64,000 bases of DNA from Phoronis australis (taxonomy: Eukaryota; Animalia; Phoronida), in NCBI GenBank assembly GCA_002633005.1, contig NMRA01000592.1, positions 195,656-259,655 on the forward strand, read 5' to 3'. A program made the translations under genes and the position numbers. Under the pieces are notes generated by a model that was not told where the DNA came from, did no database searches, and worked only from the letters and a program-made list of their open reading frames with translations. Shown here piece after piece: positions 39,901 to 51,546 of this stretch. Within the stretch, counting starts at the first letter, position 1; every line of letters begins with the position of its first letter.

Positions 39901-42900
39901 GCAGTTATTCAATAGCAGTGGAACAGTCTAAAATTTTGGAACAGTTGTCACTGTTTGGTTGAATGAATCCAGAAATGTTACAGTTCTTTGTTTGGTCAGA
40001 TTAGTGGGCTGATAATCTGATATGCTTTGGTAGAGCATATTTTGAAATATAAGTATAAATTTTTATGTCCTGTTTTATGAGTACTCACTAGTAAAGCTGG
40101 TTGTGTAGCTGTATGTCTGTCGACTGTTTGTGCACATGTGACTGACACTCATTTCTTCAAGTGGCTCAACACAATTTTATCTTGCACTTGAGTGGGAATG
40201 GATTGTCAAGTGTTTTGTGTGTAATATGCATTGTGGGGACTAGTTGTGTTATTGCCTCTTACATCACTTGGGTGATTATTGCTCGTTACCTGTCAGGTGT
40301 ATCCAGTGACACATTTTTCTTGTTCTACTCTTGTCTTCATCATGCCGCAGTGGATCATACAACTGTAATGTCATCAGGAGATTAAGGCTTGGTGTATGCT
40401 CATTACTAGTGTAGGTCGTCATGGCTTTGGTTCTGGAATTTTGATGTCTAAACACAGGTTTATTAGAAATAATGCTTTTAGTTGAGGAAGAGTCCTGGAC
40501 AACTGGTTTGATGGAGATTTCCTTTGGCGGCTAAAGAATTATAAAGGACCGTAGAAAGGGTCACTTTAATAAAGTACCGTAGAAAGGGTCACTTTATGAC
40601 GGCTGAGTTCAGGAGAAGACCTAATGTGTTGACGGACTCTGATTGACGTGAATTAAGGCCATTGACTGGAACGTTTTCAGCTGGTTTCGTGTCCGGTAGT
40701 AACTCATCTTTACATTTCCGTTGGTATATATGTAGCAGGTCGCTTGATCTATCATGTGCAGCTAGTGATTTATAGCTTGGCCACCTTGCAGAATTATATT
40801 GAAGTGTAGGTGGTAAGGAGTAGTATCAGTCAGTATATAGCATTGGGCCTGCAGTGTTAGAAGTGAGGAAAAGTAAGCGCACGCCTTCACCATGATGGAT
40901 GTCCACTCTCTCCTCTACTCTGTCACTATGGTAGGTATATGATGGCTGATGTCAGAAATAAGGCATTTGGGAAAATTGAAAATTTCAACACACAAGTTCT
41001 TTGAGGTTGAGTTGTGAATTAAAATATACAAATTTAAGTTAATTGTTGATGGTTTAATTCTGTTTTGTAGAATATATCACACGTTTTACTACCTGGTTTA
41101 TTCTGCACATAGGTTTCACCGCTAGATATGACCTGTTATTGGCTATTTGATTTATTCTACGCGTAGATTAATGCTGTACTAGTTTGACTATTATCAGTGT
41201 TTGAAAGCTGTTGAAGTTTGAGGCACACCTTAGTTGTCATGACAACAGTGTTATGGTCTGATAAGGATGTTTTATGTTCTTAATATGTATTAAACATGTT
41301 TAGCGTGGCACTGAGCTTTTACATTTATTAGGCTTAGTTTATAATTTTAAAAACATTGGGTTCCTGTGTTGGGATTAAGTAATGCCTTTGTAAACACTTA
41401 TCATCCTTATTATATGATGGAAGTGAAACACAAACTTGGGACTGTGGCAATGTCAGCTGAATACTAATAATAATTAACCTTGTATTGCCTGATAACAACT
41501 TGTGTTTCACTGAGAACATAGCTTCCTAGACTTGTACTCCTGTGTGGGTGTTTTTGTGTAATGTGTTTGTGTACGTGCATGTCTGTGCTATTTGTATGAG
41601 GGTAAGTCGAGTGTGAAAATGCCTTGAGTTTTTGAATTCATTAAAGCGTTAGAAGTACCACAACAGCACTTTCATTCTGTGTTAGTTACCTATAGCTGAG
41701 CCCCCCTCGAACACTTGCCCCCTCTGTTGTGTTGTGCTGTTTGTTATAGGTGGTAAGGTAATCACTGTTTTATATCAAACCCGCCCAAGCAGTGTTACCA
41801 TAAATTAACACCTTCTACTGTCATTCACAGTAATGTGCGGCAGTTGTACTTTGCGATAATTCAGTAGTGAAAGTCCTGGGCTATCAAAAATAGTTCCTTG
41901 TCAAATTTGTTACTTTTCTAAGCCTGGAAATCATCAATTTGACTAGCTAGGAAAGTTTCTTTGAAAGGCGAGTGTTTTATCATCACAGTCAGACCAGTTG
42001 TACCCATGACCAGACAGTGGATTCTACTCATGATCAACATTTCTTCAGTTTTCCGTGAATAAATAATGCTAGATGCTATACCTGTTTTATGAAGGATTAT
42101 CAAATGCAAACAGTGTCCACTCAAAAATGTTGATACTAGTCTTTTAATTTCACTCACTTCTCGCAAGCAGTATTGTTCACGCACGCAGGTGTTTGCTTTT
42201 CAATACGTATTTTTGTATAGGACAGTGGTTAGTAGAAAGAATATATGGCAGAGAATTAAGAAATTTTCATTTAAGACAGTGCATGCGTTGTTTAGAAGCA
42301 GAAACCATGACAGTCCAAATTATTAGAGGTGATTATTTTTTCATGCTTTGTTGCAACCCACATTACATGAAGCCTCAAATTTATGTATGGAAATCCTGTC
42401 AATACTGATTTTCTTCCATCGCTTGAATAAAATTAGTTGCTTTTTTGAACACCGACCCAATTTAAAAGCAGATGGCACTGCAAAGTTTTCATGGCGTGAT
42501 ATATCTTGGAGTTTTTAATGCTTTTTGTTACTGTTTCACAGTGACCTGTAGTGCTGACACCATTCAGTGCGACCAGCTGAGTTGGGCATGACATATAAAG
42601 TTCTTTACTTGTCCAGTTCAGCTCAGAAGTGGGTCAAAAACTAGGTCACGTGTACAATATGTTTCTACTCATTGCAAAAGAGTAGAGTTGAATTCTGGAT
42701 ATAACTATAGAAAATATATGTAGAATACACAGGGCCTCCTTTTCCATATGCAAATTATGTCATAGGTATTGCATTATTTCTGGTATGATCAGACGATTAT
42801 TCTGTGACCCAACACTCATGAGCGAAGCTAGTGTGATCATGGGCTTTGCCTGTAATGCATGGTGACTAATGTCTTGGGAAGACTTACGGGATCTCGCTTT

Positions 42901-45900
42901 TCTCACAAGAAACTTGCTTTAAGGAATGCCGTCAGATATTTATAGCTTTTTCTTTTTTTGACTTCTCAGGAACTAGAAGAACAACGTCAGCAGAACAGAC
43001 AGGCCTATGAAGACAAGATGGCTGCCTTGACAAAAACGAAGGAACAAGTTAAAGAGGAGAAGGAGAATGAACTGGATGAACTGAGAGTGAGGCTTGGACA
43101 GGTATTGGGCTAGGCATTGTGGATAGGGCAATAGACTCACTGGACTAATTTTGGAGATAAACGTGTAAAAAATGTTTTTAAATCTTATAAGACAACGGAA
43201 TTTCATGATTGGATGGTCACCAAATATAAAGGACGCTAATATCTGGCCATGAAAAAAGTAAGCAAAAATTTTAAATGCTTGTCGTAATTGAGTACAACAG
43301 TGAACATCAGTTGTTTCCTGGTTTTCATTTTTGTAACCTGAATTTATTATTGTGACATACATATACCTTAAAAGGAGTTAAAGGATGATTTTATTCCAAA
43401 AAATGGTTTGATGTTACAGGCCTTTCTCAAGGGCAATGCCAGCAGTTTAGCTACAGGCTTTGAAGTGAACAGTTCTGATCATAAATTGGGAAGTAGCAAT
43501 TATAATTATTAGCGGGTACATTACTGTAGCTGCTACTTTATTGGTTACTGTTGTTAATACTAGGAGAAGGAGGGTGAACTAGAAGAGCTGAGAGTGAGGC
43601 TCCATGAGAGAGAGGATGAGATACAGCAACTGAAGGCTGAGAGATTACAGAGCAGCTTGAAGGAGCGAGATGAACACGTACAGTTTGATAGGTTGGAGAA
43701 GATGGTGGTGAGTGAGATCAATGAGGAGTGTCGCAGGTCAGCACTGGTTCTTGGGGTCACGCCTAGGAAGGTCAACATAGCCAGGTATGTACAGGATAGT
43801 TTTTTTTTTACTTAGTGTTTACTGCATTTGGTTAAGTTTTGCTTAAAGCCGTTTAAAGCATTTGATTAGAGAATACTGTAGTTATGAAATAGCCTGCATG
43901 CTGTGCATGCCATAGCTTAGAAGCGTAAATGTATTGTATGCAATATTCAAAGTGATAAGTAAATGGCTTTGTATCAGTTATGCCCTATCCATATTTAGTG
44001 TTGTGTAGCTGATGTTGGTTTGTTGTTAGTTTCAGGTCAGACAGCCCATCCAACAACAAGTCACCAGTTAAAGGCCAGCTGCGCAGTCCCTCCAGGACAC
44101 CTGCTACTTCTTCACTGGTAATGTAGTCATAGTGTTGTACTTAGTGTCCTCTTAAGTAAGAATAATCAGAGAATTTAGTCATAGTGTTGTACTTATTGTC
44201 CTCTTAAGTAAGAATAATCAGAGAATTTAGTCATAGTGTTGTACTTATTGTCCTCTTAAGTAAGAATAGTCAGAGAATTTACCTTTATTTTAGATTTGTG
44301 TTTTTATTGTTAAACATAACGACTGATTTATAGCAAATGTAAAGCTGCTGACTGTTGCGGATTTACCTAGTAAGCATATTCAACGTACTGTTAGGACATG
44401 AAAAATAGTTACGTAGGGGTTTATTAAATGTTAAGAAATATTGGCATTTATTTCTCTTTTTGATTGTCATTCAAAATGCTGTTAAAATGGTTGCAAAAAA
44501 GTACATGAGAATGTCGTTGATTTTAAATAGATGGAACCATATAAAACACTAAACGGATCTTTGTGCCTAGAGTAGCTATTAATCCATGTTTTGTCCAAAA
44601 AGCCAAATTTTGATTTACACCACTATTAATACTATAAAATTGGTCTGGACTTGTTCCTCACTTAGATGAGAAGTGATTTCTGGATTTGCAGTGAACTGAC
44701 ACTTTGATATTGGTTGGGATGATGCTTGGCACATAAAATGACAAACCCTGACAAGCCAACTTACTTGTAGAGTCTTATCTCTGCCAATAACCAACTGTCA
44801 CTTCTTTTGTAGCCGTGAAATCCTTTCCATTTTGACTGAAGTAAAATTTGGGACCAATTTTGTAATGGCAAGTGGTCCAACGAGGGTTTATAGCTACCTT
44901 AAACATGACTTTAATCTGAAATAATTTTTTGTTCTGGGGTGTATCACAAGCTTTCATAAAATATTGGAAACTGCAGAAGTTTTCGTGGATTTACCGTCAA
45001 GGTACTGATAATATGCTAAACATGTTGGCAGCCCTGCAAGTACTACCTGTCATGAAATTTGAAACACGTAATTTGTATGGGTCAAAGCCAGTGTATAACT
45101 TACATATTTGCCATTGGTATAGGCCAACCTGCGGGCATGTAATGAAGAACTGAGAAATAATGTGAAAGAGTTGACTCAAGAAGTTGAAGCACAAAAACAG
45201 GCTTTAATACGAATGGAACAGACAAAGGTGAGATGGTCGTCACAAACACATAGTCTTCATTAAACATATCACGCTTTATAAAAACTGTGTCTGTATTGGA
45301 AACGTTTACTTAATGTTAATTTTGAATTGGTTGTTACGTATTCATTCTGATGCCTGCAAATTATTGGGAGCACGTAACCCCATCCCCGCTTCCTACAACC
45401 CTGCATCCATGTCGGTACAGTTGGGCTAGCCTTGTTCTAACTGTGCATAATTGTGTCTGGACAGTTGGACTGTCGGTACAGTTGGTCTGGCCTTAATGTA
45501 GCTGTCCACAGCCATATCTGGATAGCTGGACTGTCCGTACAGTTGGTCTGGCCATAATGTAGCTGTCCACAGCCATATTTGGATAGTTGGACTGTCCGTA
45601 CAGTTGGTATGGCCTTAATGTAGCTGTTCAAAGCCTTGTCTGGGTAGAGTTCAGCAACGCTATGACCTATGCTAGGACCTCGGTAAAATCCAGCCAAAGT
45701 CACATGCTCTCATTTAAAATACACGCCAATATCTCTCGTAACCTAGGTAAGTTCGTTTTTAATGAGGTCTTGGCATTACTGAATTCTACGCTGGACAATT
45801 TTACTGTCTGTAGAATTGAACTGGCCTTTTTGTAACTGTAGCGTTACTGAATTCTACCCTGGACAATTTTACTGTCTGTAGGATTGAGCTGGCCTTTTTG

Positions 45901-48900
45901 TAACTGTACATGTCCATGTCAATACAGCTGGGCAGAGCTTGCTGTAATTGTACACAGTTCAGTCTGAGAGTTGGATGGTTCTATCACTTGTACAGTCTGA
46001 GAGGAGGGTGTTTTCTTACCCTGCATGATCAGTTCCTTCTCAACATTGATGAAACATTTTCCCTTTAGTGAGGTGTTCATGACACAATTTTTTTATTTTG
46101 GGAATAGTTTTGTGTTACGTGACAGAATAATTTAACTGATTTTAATCCGTTAAAATTGAATACTTTTCTCTCAGTGAGCTTCTTACTAACCATCCGAGAG
46201 AAAAAAGAGAATTACCTCGAGAAATTTTCAATGGCTGTTGACTGGCTGCCATTTTCCTCAGTAGTCATTACCACTAGGTGGAGCTCTTGAAAATAGTATG
46301 TTGTAAATAAGGCTTAGGCGAAGGAAGCCTCCTCACTGTGCATACATACACCTTGACATCTGTTCGATGTAAATAAGATTCCTGTATTTTGTGTTTATAG
46401 TTGTTGTCCTCTTGACACATTAGGCTAGTGTTTTGCCAGTCTGTCACATGGTTTTCTGCATGATCTGTGGTGACAATTTAATTAAACTAGCTCAACGAAA
46501 CTTTCTTCTCAGCCCTGGTGAAAACCTTTTTCGCACAGATGGTGTCTACATCTTTCCTGTGTTCATTAAGGCGATAACCAAAAATCGGATATGCATGTAC
46601 ACACTATCACATGAAGCTCATGGGATTATATATTTTCCTATGGCTAGTAAGAACCCGACTATGGTATGTACATAACACGCTGGTGATGTTGCACCGATCT
46701 ACGTACTTTTTTTTCCTTCATTGATAACATTAGATATTCTTCAGTAGAGGGCTGCATGTGACTCATTATTATTATACATTTTTCTTAGGAACGAAGTCTC
46801 AATGATATGAAGCAAAAATCCCTTAACGAGAAAAATAGAGACCTGTCTGAGTTACGTGAAAGGCTGGTCAAGGTGAGTGTCTTGATTGTTGACTGTAAGT
46901 AGTTCTAAGGGGATGCAAGTGTGGTCTGATCTTGAACACATGATATTTGTTGATGATTGTGAGTATTTTTATAGAGAATGTCGACTATTAAAAATTTGAA
47001 ATTTTGTTCTTGCCTTTGTTCTTAACATTTTGGCAAAGACTATCTACTTACTTTTGTTCCCACCACTTGACCTTGATCTTAATTTGTCACATCTGCCATT
47101 ATTGAATTATTTGTGTTGTGTGAAATTCTCTGAATGTTAATATCTTATGGAAAATCTTGTCTATTCATTGCATGAATGCAGAGTGTCGCCTAAAGATTCT
47201 GTTGCTGTTTGCTTGTATGTGTTAGTTTTCCTTATGATCTAATTTCTCTCCGCCAAGTGTCTCCACCTAGTGTCTGCTTCTGTTCTCACCTTCTGTTGAT
47301 AGTATAGCGATACTTTTGTCCATTTTATATATTAGCATTACATTTTTATTTATCATTAGTAATAGTTACATATTGCAATTTTATTTTCTGGATGTTCCTG
47401 AAGCCTTTGACATTATTGATCATTGAATTGTAAATTAAGATTTACTGTAACTGTTGTTGCACAAGTGTGATACAGATGTTGCTTGAGGTTGTGGGTGTTT
47501 TGCATTATTGTGTTCTTGTTTCCTGTAGGAACATGTGGATGACCTGTCCTGGATCTATGATAGTGTTAAGAAAGATTTGTAAGCATGCCACCAGTGCCTA
47601 AGTATTTCACACTCACCGTAGATGCTACACGCTCTGTTGCTTGTTTCCTGCTCATTACAGTCTGAGCCATGGTTTTATGGCAAATGTGTGTAACGACTGT
47701 CTTGGCTTTCATAGCACTTAAAAAGCTGGCAAAATTTATGAATGAAAGAATCAGTGTTTCACATGAAGAACTCAGTCCTAATTTTTCTCAATTTTGTCTT
47801 TTTGTGAAAGTGCAGAAGTCCTTATGCACATTATTTCTTGCTGTCATCTTGTGTTGGGCACCCACTTTTACCTTGTCACCTTGACTCTCTTTGTCTCTTC
47901 ATGTCTCCTTCTCTTTGTGGAAGTGGTGCTTGCCTGTCCTTTACTGACATGGTTAAATAACCAAGTGTACCATTACATGGTTACACCTTGTATTTCCCAT
48001 AGGAGCACTTAGAGGAGCTCAATCTCCTTCAGCGGACACTGGCCAAAGACAAAACTCTCCAGGAACGAGTGAAAACACAGGATAATGAACTCAGGGAGAT
48101 TCAACGCAATATGAAAAAATGGAAGGAAGAAACTGCAGAAAAATTTGCTCGCAAATTCGAAGAAGAACTAACACGTGAACTGGAAAAGTAAACAACCACT
48201 TGTTGTAGTGGGATGTTGTATCAGCGTGTTGTTGTATCAGCATGTTGTATTAATCATCATCGGTGATGGCATGCATGATGGCTTTCCAGATGTAGAGTAG
48301 TTTTTCCTTGCTCATTAATTGCATGTACCATGGATCTCTCGCCTAATCATTAACAAGCTGGTGGTGATAGCAGTTAAAATCGTGTTTAGGCTTATCTTCG
48401 CGCATCATTATTACACATCCCATTATGCCTTGATCTTGTTTGGTTGTTTTGCAATTAGAATGTGTTTGGTTTGCGTGAGCCTTGTGTGTGTGTGTTCCTG
48501 TGACTAGCTTTAACTACAAGTTACTTGCCTCCTTGTAATCAGTGTGTTGTGCAAAGTGTGGCTATAGTTAGTAGGTCCAGTGTGCTTACCTTGTGGCTCA
48601 ACATGTCCACCATGTTCTACCTTATTTGAAGTACCTTTGGCACTTACTCTTCAAAAGTGTAAATCAAGTTACTCAATGTGACGCCAAAGTAATGCTAAGA
48701 GCCCACTAATTGTTTCTACTTTGAGGTTTGCCTCTTTAAAATAGGTTTATTCCAGTTTGAAGTTGACTTTTTAGCATGACCCAGTTATCACTGCATGCGA
48801 CTTTAGCATGACCTAGTTATCACTGCATGTTACTTTAAAAATGGTTTGGTTATTGTCTTGTTCTCAACAATAACTGTTTCTATCTTTCAGACCGTTGTAT

Positions 48901-50796
48901 TCTTGCTGTTTTGCAGGAGGCTCAAAGATCAACATAAGAGGCGGACATTTTCAGACAGAGACTTCCCGCTACACAGAAGGGACTTGAAGGATAAACATTC
49001 CACATCAATGGTGTGTATGAGTGCTGTAGTGGGATTTATATACTATTTTACATTTTCTTACATAAAATTTACTGATGGGCTGGTGATTTATTGTCCTATA
49101 AAGTAATTAATTATCACCAAAAGTCAATCACTCGAGCTTAACGTTACCCTGCAGCCCGAAATTGAGTGGAAATAACTGCAGATAGTTTCAATGCCGTTTT
49201 TTGGGTTTCACAATGTTTTCAACACATTAATATCAGTAAATCCCGCTAATCAATGTAATTGTTTACGTTAAAAAAGTTAGTTAAAGTTTTTTACACAAAT
49301 AAATTATCAATATTTACCACTGACTGCAAATAACGGATTAAATTATTTTCAGAATGGCCATGGTGAAGCCAACGATAGTGCTGTACAGATGTTACGCCAT
49401 CTACAGGACAAAGTTAAGCAACTGCGGTCAGAGAATGCATCACTCAGGAAGAGCCACAGCGTGTCAACGCCCGACTTGTCGAGTCTATCTGAAGCATCGT
49501 TGGCAGATAAGGTAAAGATGATATATTTTGTTTGGCTTACCTGACTTTTCATTTATGCGGGTCAAATGCAACAATATATGTCACAACGAGTTGTGTCATT
49601 TCAATGACCATAGGTCAATAAGTGGTGGAATGCATGATTTTTGTGACACATTGCCGTCGCATTGTCTAATTGTTGTTCTGTTTCTGTTTTAAGTGATGTA
49701 TATCTTTTCCACTCTGTTACTGATGGTTTTGGTCACTTATTGGACAAAGCGTTTTATACTTTGAAATGTATGACAGTCAACATTTTACTGCCAGCAGTGT
49801 TGAAACCTGTTGTTGTGAATGTGCGGCCTGTGCATTCTCTGAGTACTTTGTTTGTGCTCTTACCTCAGTTCCTGGACGAGTGAATTTCAACACGACCTTA
49901 CCGACATTTCAGATCCTGGACAAGTGTATTACACCGACATTATCTTACTGATACTCACTGTATTCGTTTTATATGCTGGTCTTTCTAGCAAGCTTTACAT
50001 CTATTGCTGTTTTCAGTCACGCCAGTATGATGTCACGTATGTCAAGTCACTGGAGAAGCGTGTTCGTCGAGCAGAAAAGCAGGCAGAAGAGGCGGAGGAA
50101 CGAGCTCAAAAGAACCAAGAGATACTGAGCAATAAGATGGTGGAGATGACCAACTTACAAAAGACATTAACAGCTCAGACAAAGGTATGTTACAAGAGGG
50201 TGTCTTCTTTATCACACGTCAAGAGTCGTGTCACTGGGCAGGTAGACAGTGAATTCACACTGATGTGAGGCATGAAGGTGCATACCCTCATTGTTATCTC
50301 TATAATGGTATGTCTTATACCCGCATGAGGGCTCATGGCCTCAGTGTGTCATCCACTCTTTTGGTCGCTTACAAGTTTGCAGAAAAGAGTATTGATTTGA
50401 AAGAATGTCTCAGTTGATAATCTCCAGGTGATTCCCTCCTTTTAATTTCTGAATAGATTAACAAGCAGTTCTTCAGCATAGGAGTATTGGGTCCCACGTT
50501 TGAATGTACGTACAGTACTGCCACCTGGTGAATTCCAAGTTACCCATTGTATTGTGGATGTAATGTATGGATCATCCCAGCTGCAGTCTTCTAAATGCTT
50601 CTATTCGATATCAAATTGTATTTGGCATTTCAATCATTGTAATATATATGAATGTAACTTCTCCATGAGTTGACTTTCTTAATAGGAAATATTTCAATTA
50701 CAGGAAATTATGTCCCTTGAACAAACAAACTCACAGCTGAAAATGAGGCTCTCCAGAGCATCGCCATCAAGATTATCGTCTGGTTCATCACGGTAG
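24774..50796 (+). CDS. 22-exon long coiled-coil protein (~1040 codons; uncharacterised, trichohyalin/golgin-like E/K/Q/R composition)
   Basis: every exon has AG/GT borders; phases chain without a stop to TAG at 50794-50796; heptad-rich translation. Confidence 0.88.
26501..26726 (+). CDS. exon (ENTEKSET...TVESQQIEQESGHIQKEIELERK...STPNLSLIGK), phase 2->0
   Basis: ttttgtgcag| ... AAG|gtacgt. Confidence 0.85.
27074..27163 (+). CDS. coiled-coil exon (FQNGDSELGRKQLEYNELNENIRKAKQEKR)
   Basis: in-frame tandem acceptors 27074/27080; AGG|gtgagt. Confidence 0.8.
27478..27590 (+). CDS. coiled-coil exon (ALMRDLTTLQDS...KAEQA)
   Basis: tatctag| ... CAG|gtgaag; phase 0->2. Confidence 0.85.
27940..28111 (+). 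CDS. coiled-coil exon (SELMLVDFKKQ...GLTKEQ)
   Basis: tctttgcag| ... CAG|gtacct; phase 2->0. Confidence 0.85.
28440..28663. repeat. 66-bp tandem repeat x~3.3
   Basis: units at 28452, 28518 and 28584; 22-aa repeat in ORF 28463-28672. Confidence 0.92.
28968..29132 (+). CDS. coiled-coil exon (VLELLEERTQLQEK...IEEMEE)
   Basis: ttctcag| ... GAG|gttgga. Confidence 0.85.
30113..30238 (+). CDS. coiled-coil exon (ELDTGQHKLEE...IELSK)
   Basis: cttttcag| ... AAG|gtaagt. Confidence 0.88.
30758..30936 (+). CDS. coiled-coil exon (EKLVEYEDMREKLQ...LNLQL)
   Basis: tctgtag| ... AG|gtatga; phase 0->2. Confidence 0.85.
31465..31570 (+). CDS. coiled-coil exon (NQLIEVQQELTK...LRREM)
   Basis: tttcag| ... ATG|gtgagt; phase 2->0. 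Confidence 0.85.
31840..32260 (+). mobile_element. 3' fragment of a non-LTR retrotransposon (C-terminal CCHC zinc-knuckle region)
   Basis: ORF 31705-32208 reads VTGHCNLAQH...CPMC...ETSRHLVKICPAY, the TGH..L..H..CxxC..ET..H....CP signature at the end of ORF2 in I/Loa/R1-type LINEs; edges approximate. Confidence 0.7.
32511..32669 (+). CDS. coiled-coil exon (ECMLGQQKEAAAVEK...YQHALQ)
   Basis: long pyrimidine tract; cctag| ... CAG|gtgggt. Confidence 0.85.
32645..33625 (+). repeat. degenerate ~42-47 bp minisatellite whose first unit spans the exon end and 5' splice site
   Basis: recurring (gac)tacyagcatgcattacaggtgggtggtggtgacctctagtg-like units at 32650-32900, 33190-33270 and 33570-33625. Confidence 0.65.
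35193..35294 (+). CDS. coiled-coil exon (DKEEELNDANERLREQ...GRND)
   Basis: tgtgcag| ... GAT|gtaagt. Confidence 0.85.
38222..38404 (+). CDS. coiled-coil exon (VRTTLAKERENWEREK...SALLK)
   Basis: ttttcacag| ... AAG|gttagt. Confidence 0.88.
40892..40930 (+). CDS. candidate alternative first coding exon (MMDVHSLLYSVTM), phase-0 donor
   Basis: ccttcaccATG Kozak-like context; ATG|gtaggt in phase with exon 42970. Confidence 0.35.
42970..43101 (+). CDS. coiled-coil exon (ELEEQRQQNRQ...ELRVRLGQ)
   Basis: cttctcag| ... CAG|gtattg. Confidence 0.88.
43564..43784 (+). CDS. exon (EKEGELEELRVRLHE...INEECRRSALVLGVTPRKVNIA)
   Basis: tactag| ... CAG|gtatgt; phase 0->2. Confidence 0.88.
44030..44117 (+). CDS. 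Ser/Pro-rich linker exon (FRSDSPSNNKSPVKGQLRSPSRTPATSSL)
   Basis: in-frame tandem acceptors 44030/44036; CTG|gtaatg; phase 2->0. Confidence 0.8.
44124..44281. repeat. 52-bp tandem repeat x3
   Basis: units at 44124, 44176 and 44228. Confidence 0.92.
45123..45227 (+). CDS. coiled-coil exon (ANLRACNEELRNNVKELTQ...EQTK)
   Basis: tatag| ... AAG|gtgaga. Confidence 0.85.
45410..45907. repeat. ~62-bp tandem repeat (45410-45627) and 67-bp tandem duplication (45776-45908)
   Basis: direct reading. Confidence 0.85.
46789..46872 (+). CDS. coiled-coil exon (ERSLNDMKQK...RERLVK)
   Basis: tttcttag| ... AAG|gtgagt. Confidence 0.85.
47529..47582 (+). CDS. candidate duplicated alternative exon (EHVDDLSWIYDSVKKDL*); phase-2 donor at 47578 or read-through to stop
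   Basis: ttgtttcctgtag|; similar to the start of exon 48003; TT|gtaagc. Confidence 0.5.
   Translation, partial: EHVDDLSWIYDSVKKDL
48003..48187 (+). CDS. coiled-coil exon (EHLEELNLLQRTLAKD...WKEETAEKFARKFEEELTRELE)
   Basis: tttcccatag| ... AA|gtaaac; phase 0->2. Confidence 0.88.
48917..49010 (+). CDS. exon (RLKDQHKRRTFSDRDFP...HSTSM)
   Basis: ttttgcag| ... ATG|gtgtgt; phase 2->0. Confidence 0.8.
49353..49511 (+). CDS. exon (NGHGEANDSAVQMLRHLQDKVKQLRSEN...STPDLS...ADK)
   Basis: attttcag| ... AAG|gtaaag. Confidence 0.87.
50017..50184 (+). CDS. coiled-coil exon (SRQYDVTYVKSLEKRVRRAEK...TAQTK)
   Basis: gttttcag| ... AAG|gtatgt. Confidence 0.87.
50704..50796 (+). CDS. terminal coding exon (EIMSLEQTNSQLKMRLSRASPSRLSSGSSR*)
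   Basis: ttacag|; TAG at 50794-50796. Confidence 0.83.
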   Translation, partial: EIMSLEQTNSQLKMRLSRASPSRLSSGSSR

Positions 50797-51402
50797 CATT
50801 ATTGTCCAAGAAACTAGGCAGCTTTTTCATTAAGTCTGTATTTCTGGCGTCCTGTTTGACACATATTTTTGCACCTGTTTGTGCATCTTAATACCACTTG
50901 TCAAGTATTAGAGGTTGGGTTACAGATGAGTTTGCAGCTCTGTCGTCACCTCGTTCTCATGTGTGTCTTGTTGCAAGTTCTAGAAGCATGTCTACCACTT
51001 TTGGTCAATTGATGCACAATGTTTTATTTGAGCTTAATTTTAAAACGGGCCCTAGGTCGTCATTGTTGGCTTGGCAGGCTTTGCGTGCCTATTTAAAGTT
51101 TCTATAGTGGAGTGTAATCATGTACTAGTAGGAATGAATACAGGGAAACTGTATGCATTGATTGTTCTCATAAGGTTGATGTTAGACGTGAAGTAATGAT
51201 ATGCTTTGTTTTTGTCATTTTTGTAATAGAAATTACTTGATATGTTTGCACTGTAATACTCTGTGTGATGCCACTGGCATGAATAGAGAAAACCAGTTAG
51301 GTGATGCTCAACATGGTCATATAGTTGATGATCGTGCACTTGGAATATTGTTGTCGTACATTACACTATCATGATTTTGCTCTCTCCAAAGGGCTTTAAT
51401 TT

Positions 51403-51416
51403 AATAAAGAAATAAA
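51403..51416 (+). terminator. tandem polyadenylation signals
   Basis: AATAAA at 51403 and 51411, followed by GT/T-rich sequence ~600 nt after the stop. Confidence 0.55.
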
Positions 51417-51437
51417 TGCGTATCTGTGGTTCTTTTT

Positions 51438-51546
51438 GAACTTTCCTGTAGACTTTGTGTTAAATGTAGAACTTTACTGTAAACTTTGTGTATACATGGA
51501 ACTTTATTGTAAACTTAGTGTTACGTAGAACTTTACTGTAAACTTG
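51438..51546. repeat. ~30-bp tandem repeat (gaactttactgtaaacttt...)
   Basis: 4 degenerate units just past the polyA signals. Confidence 0.75.

Noticed and set aside
24774-50796. Assigning a gene symbol (golgin, CEP, trichohyalin) to the coiled-coil protein
   Set aside because: Only compositional similarity; no diagnostic domain recognised
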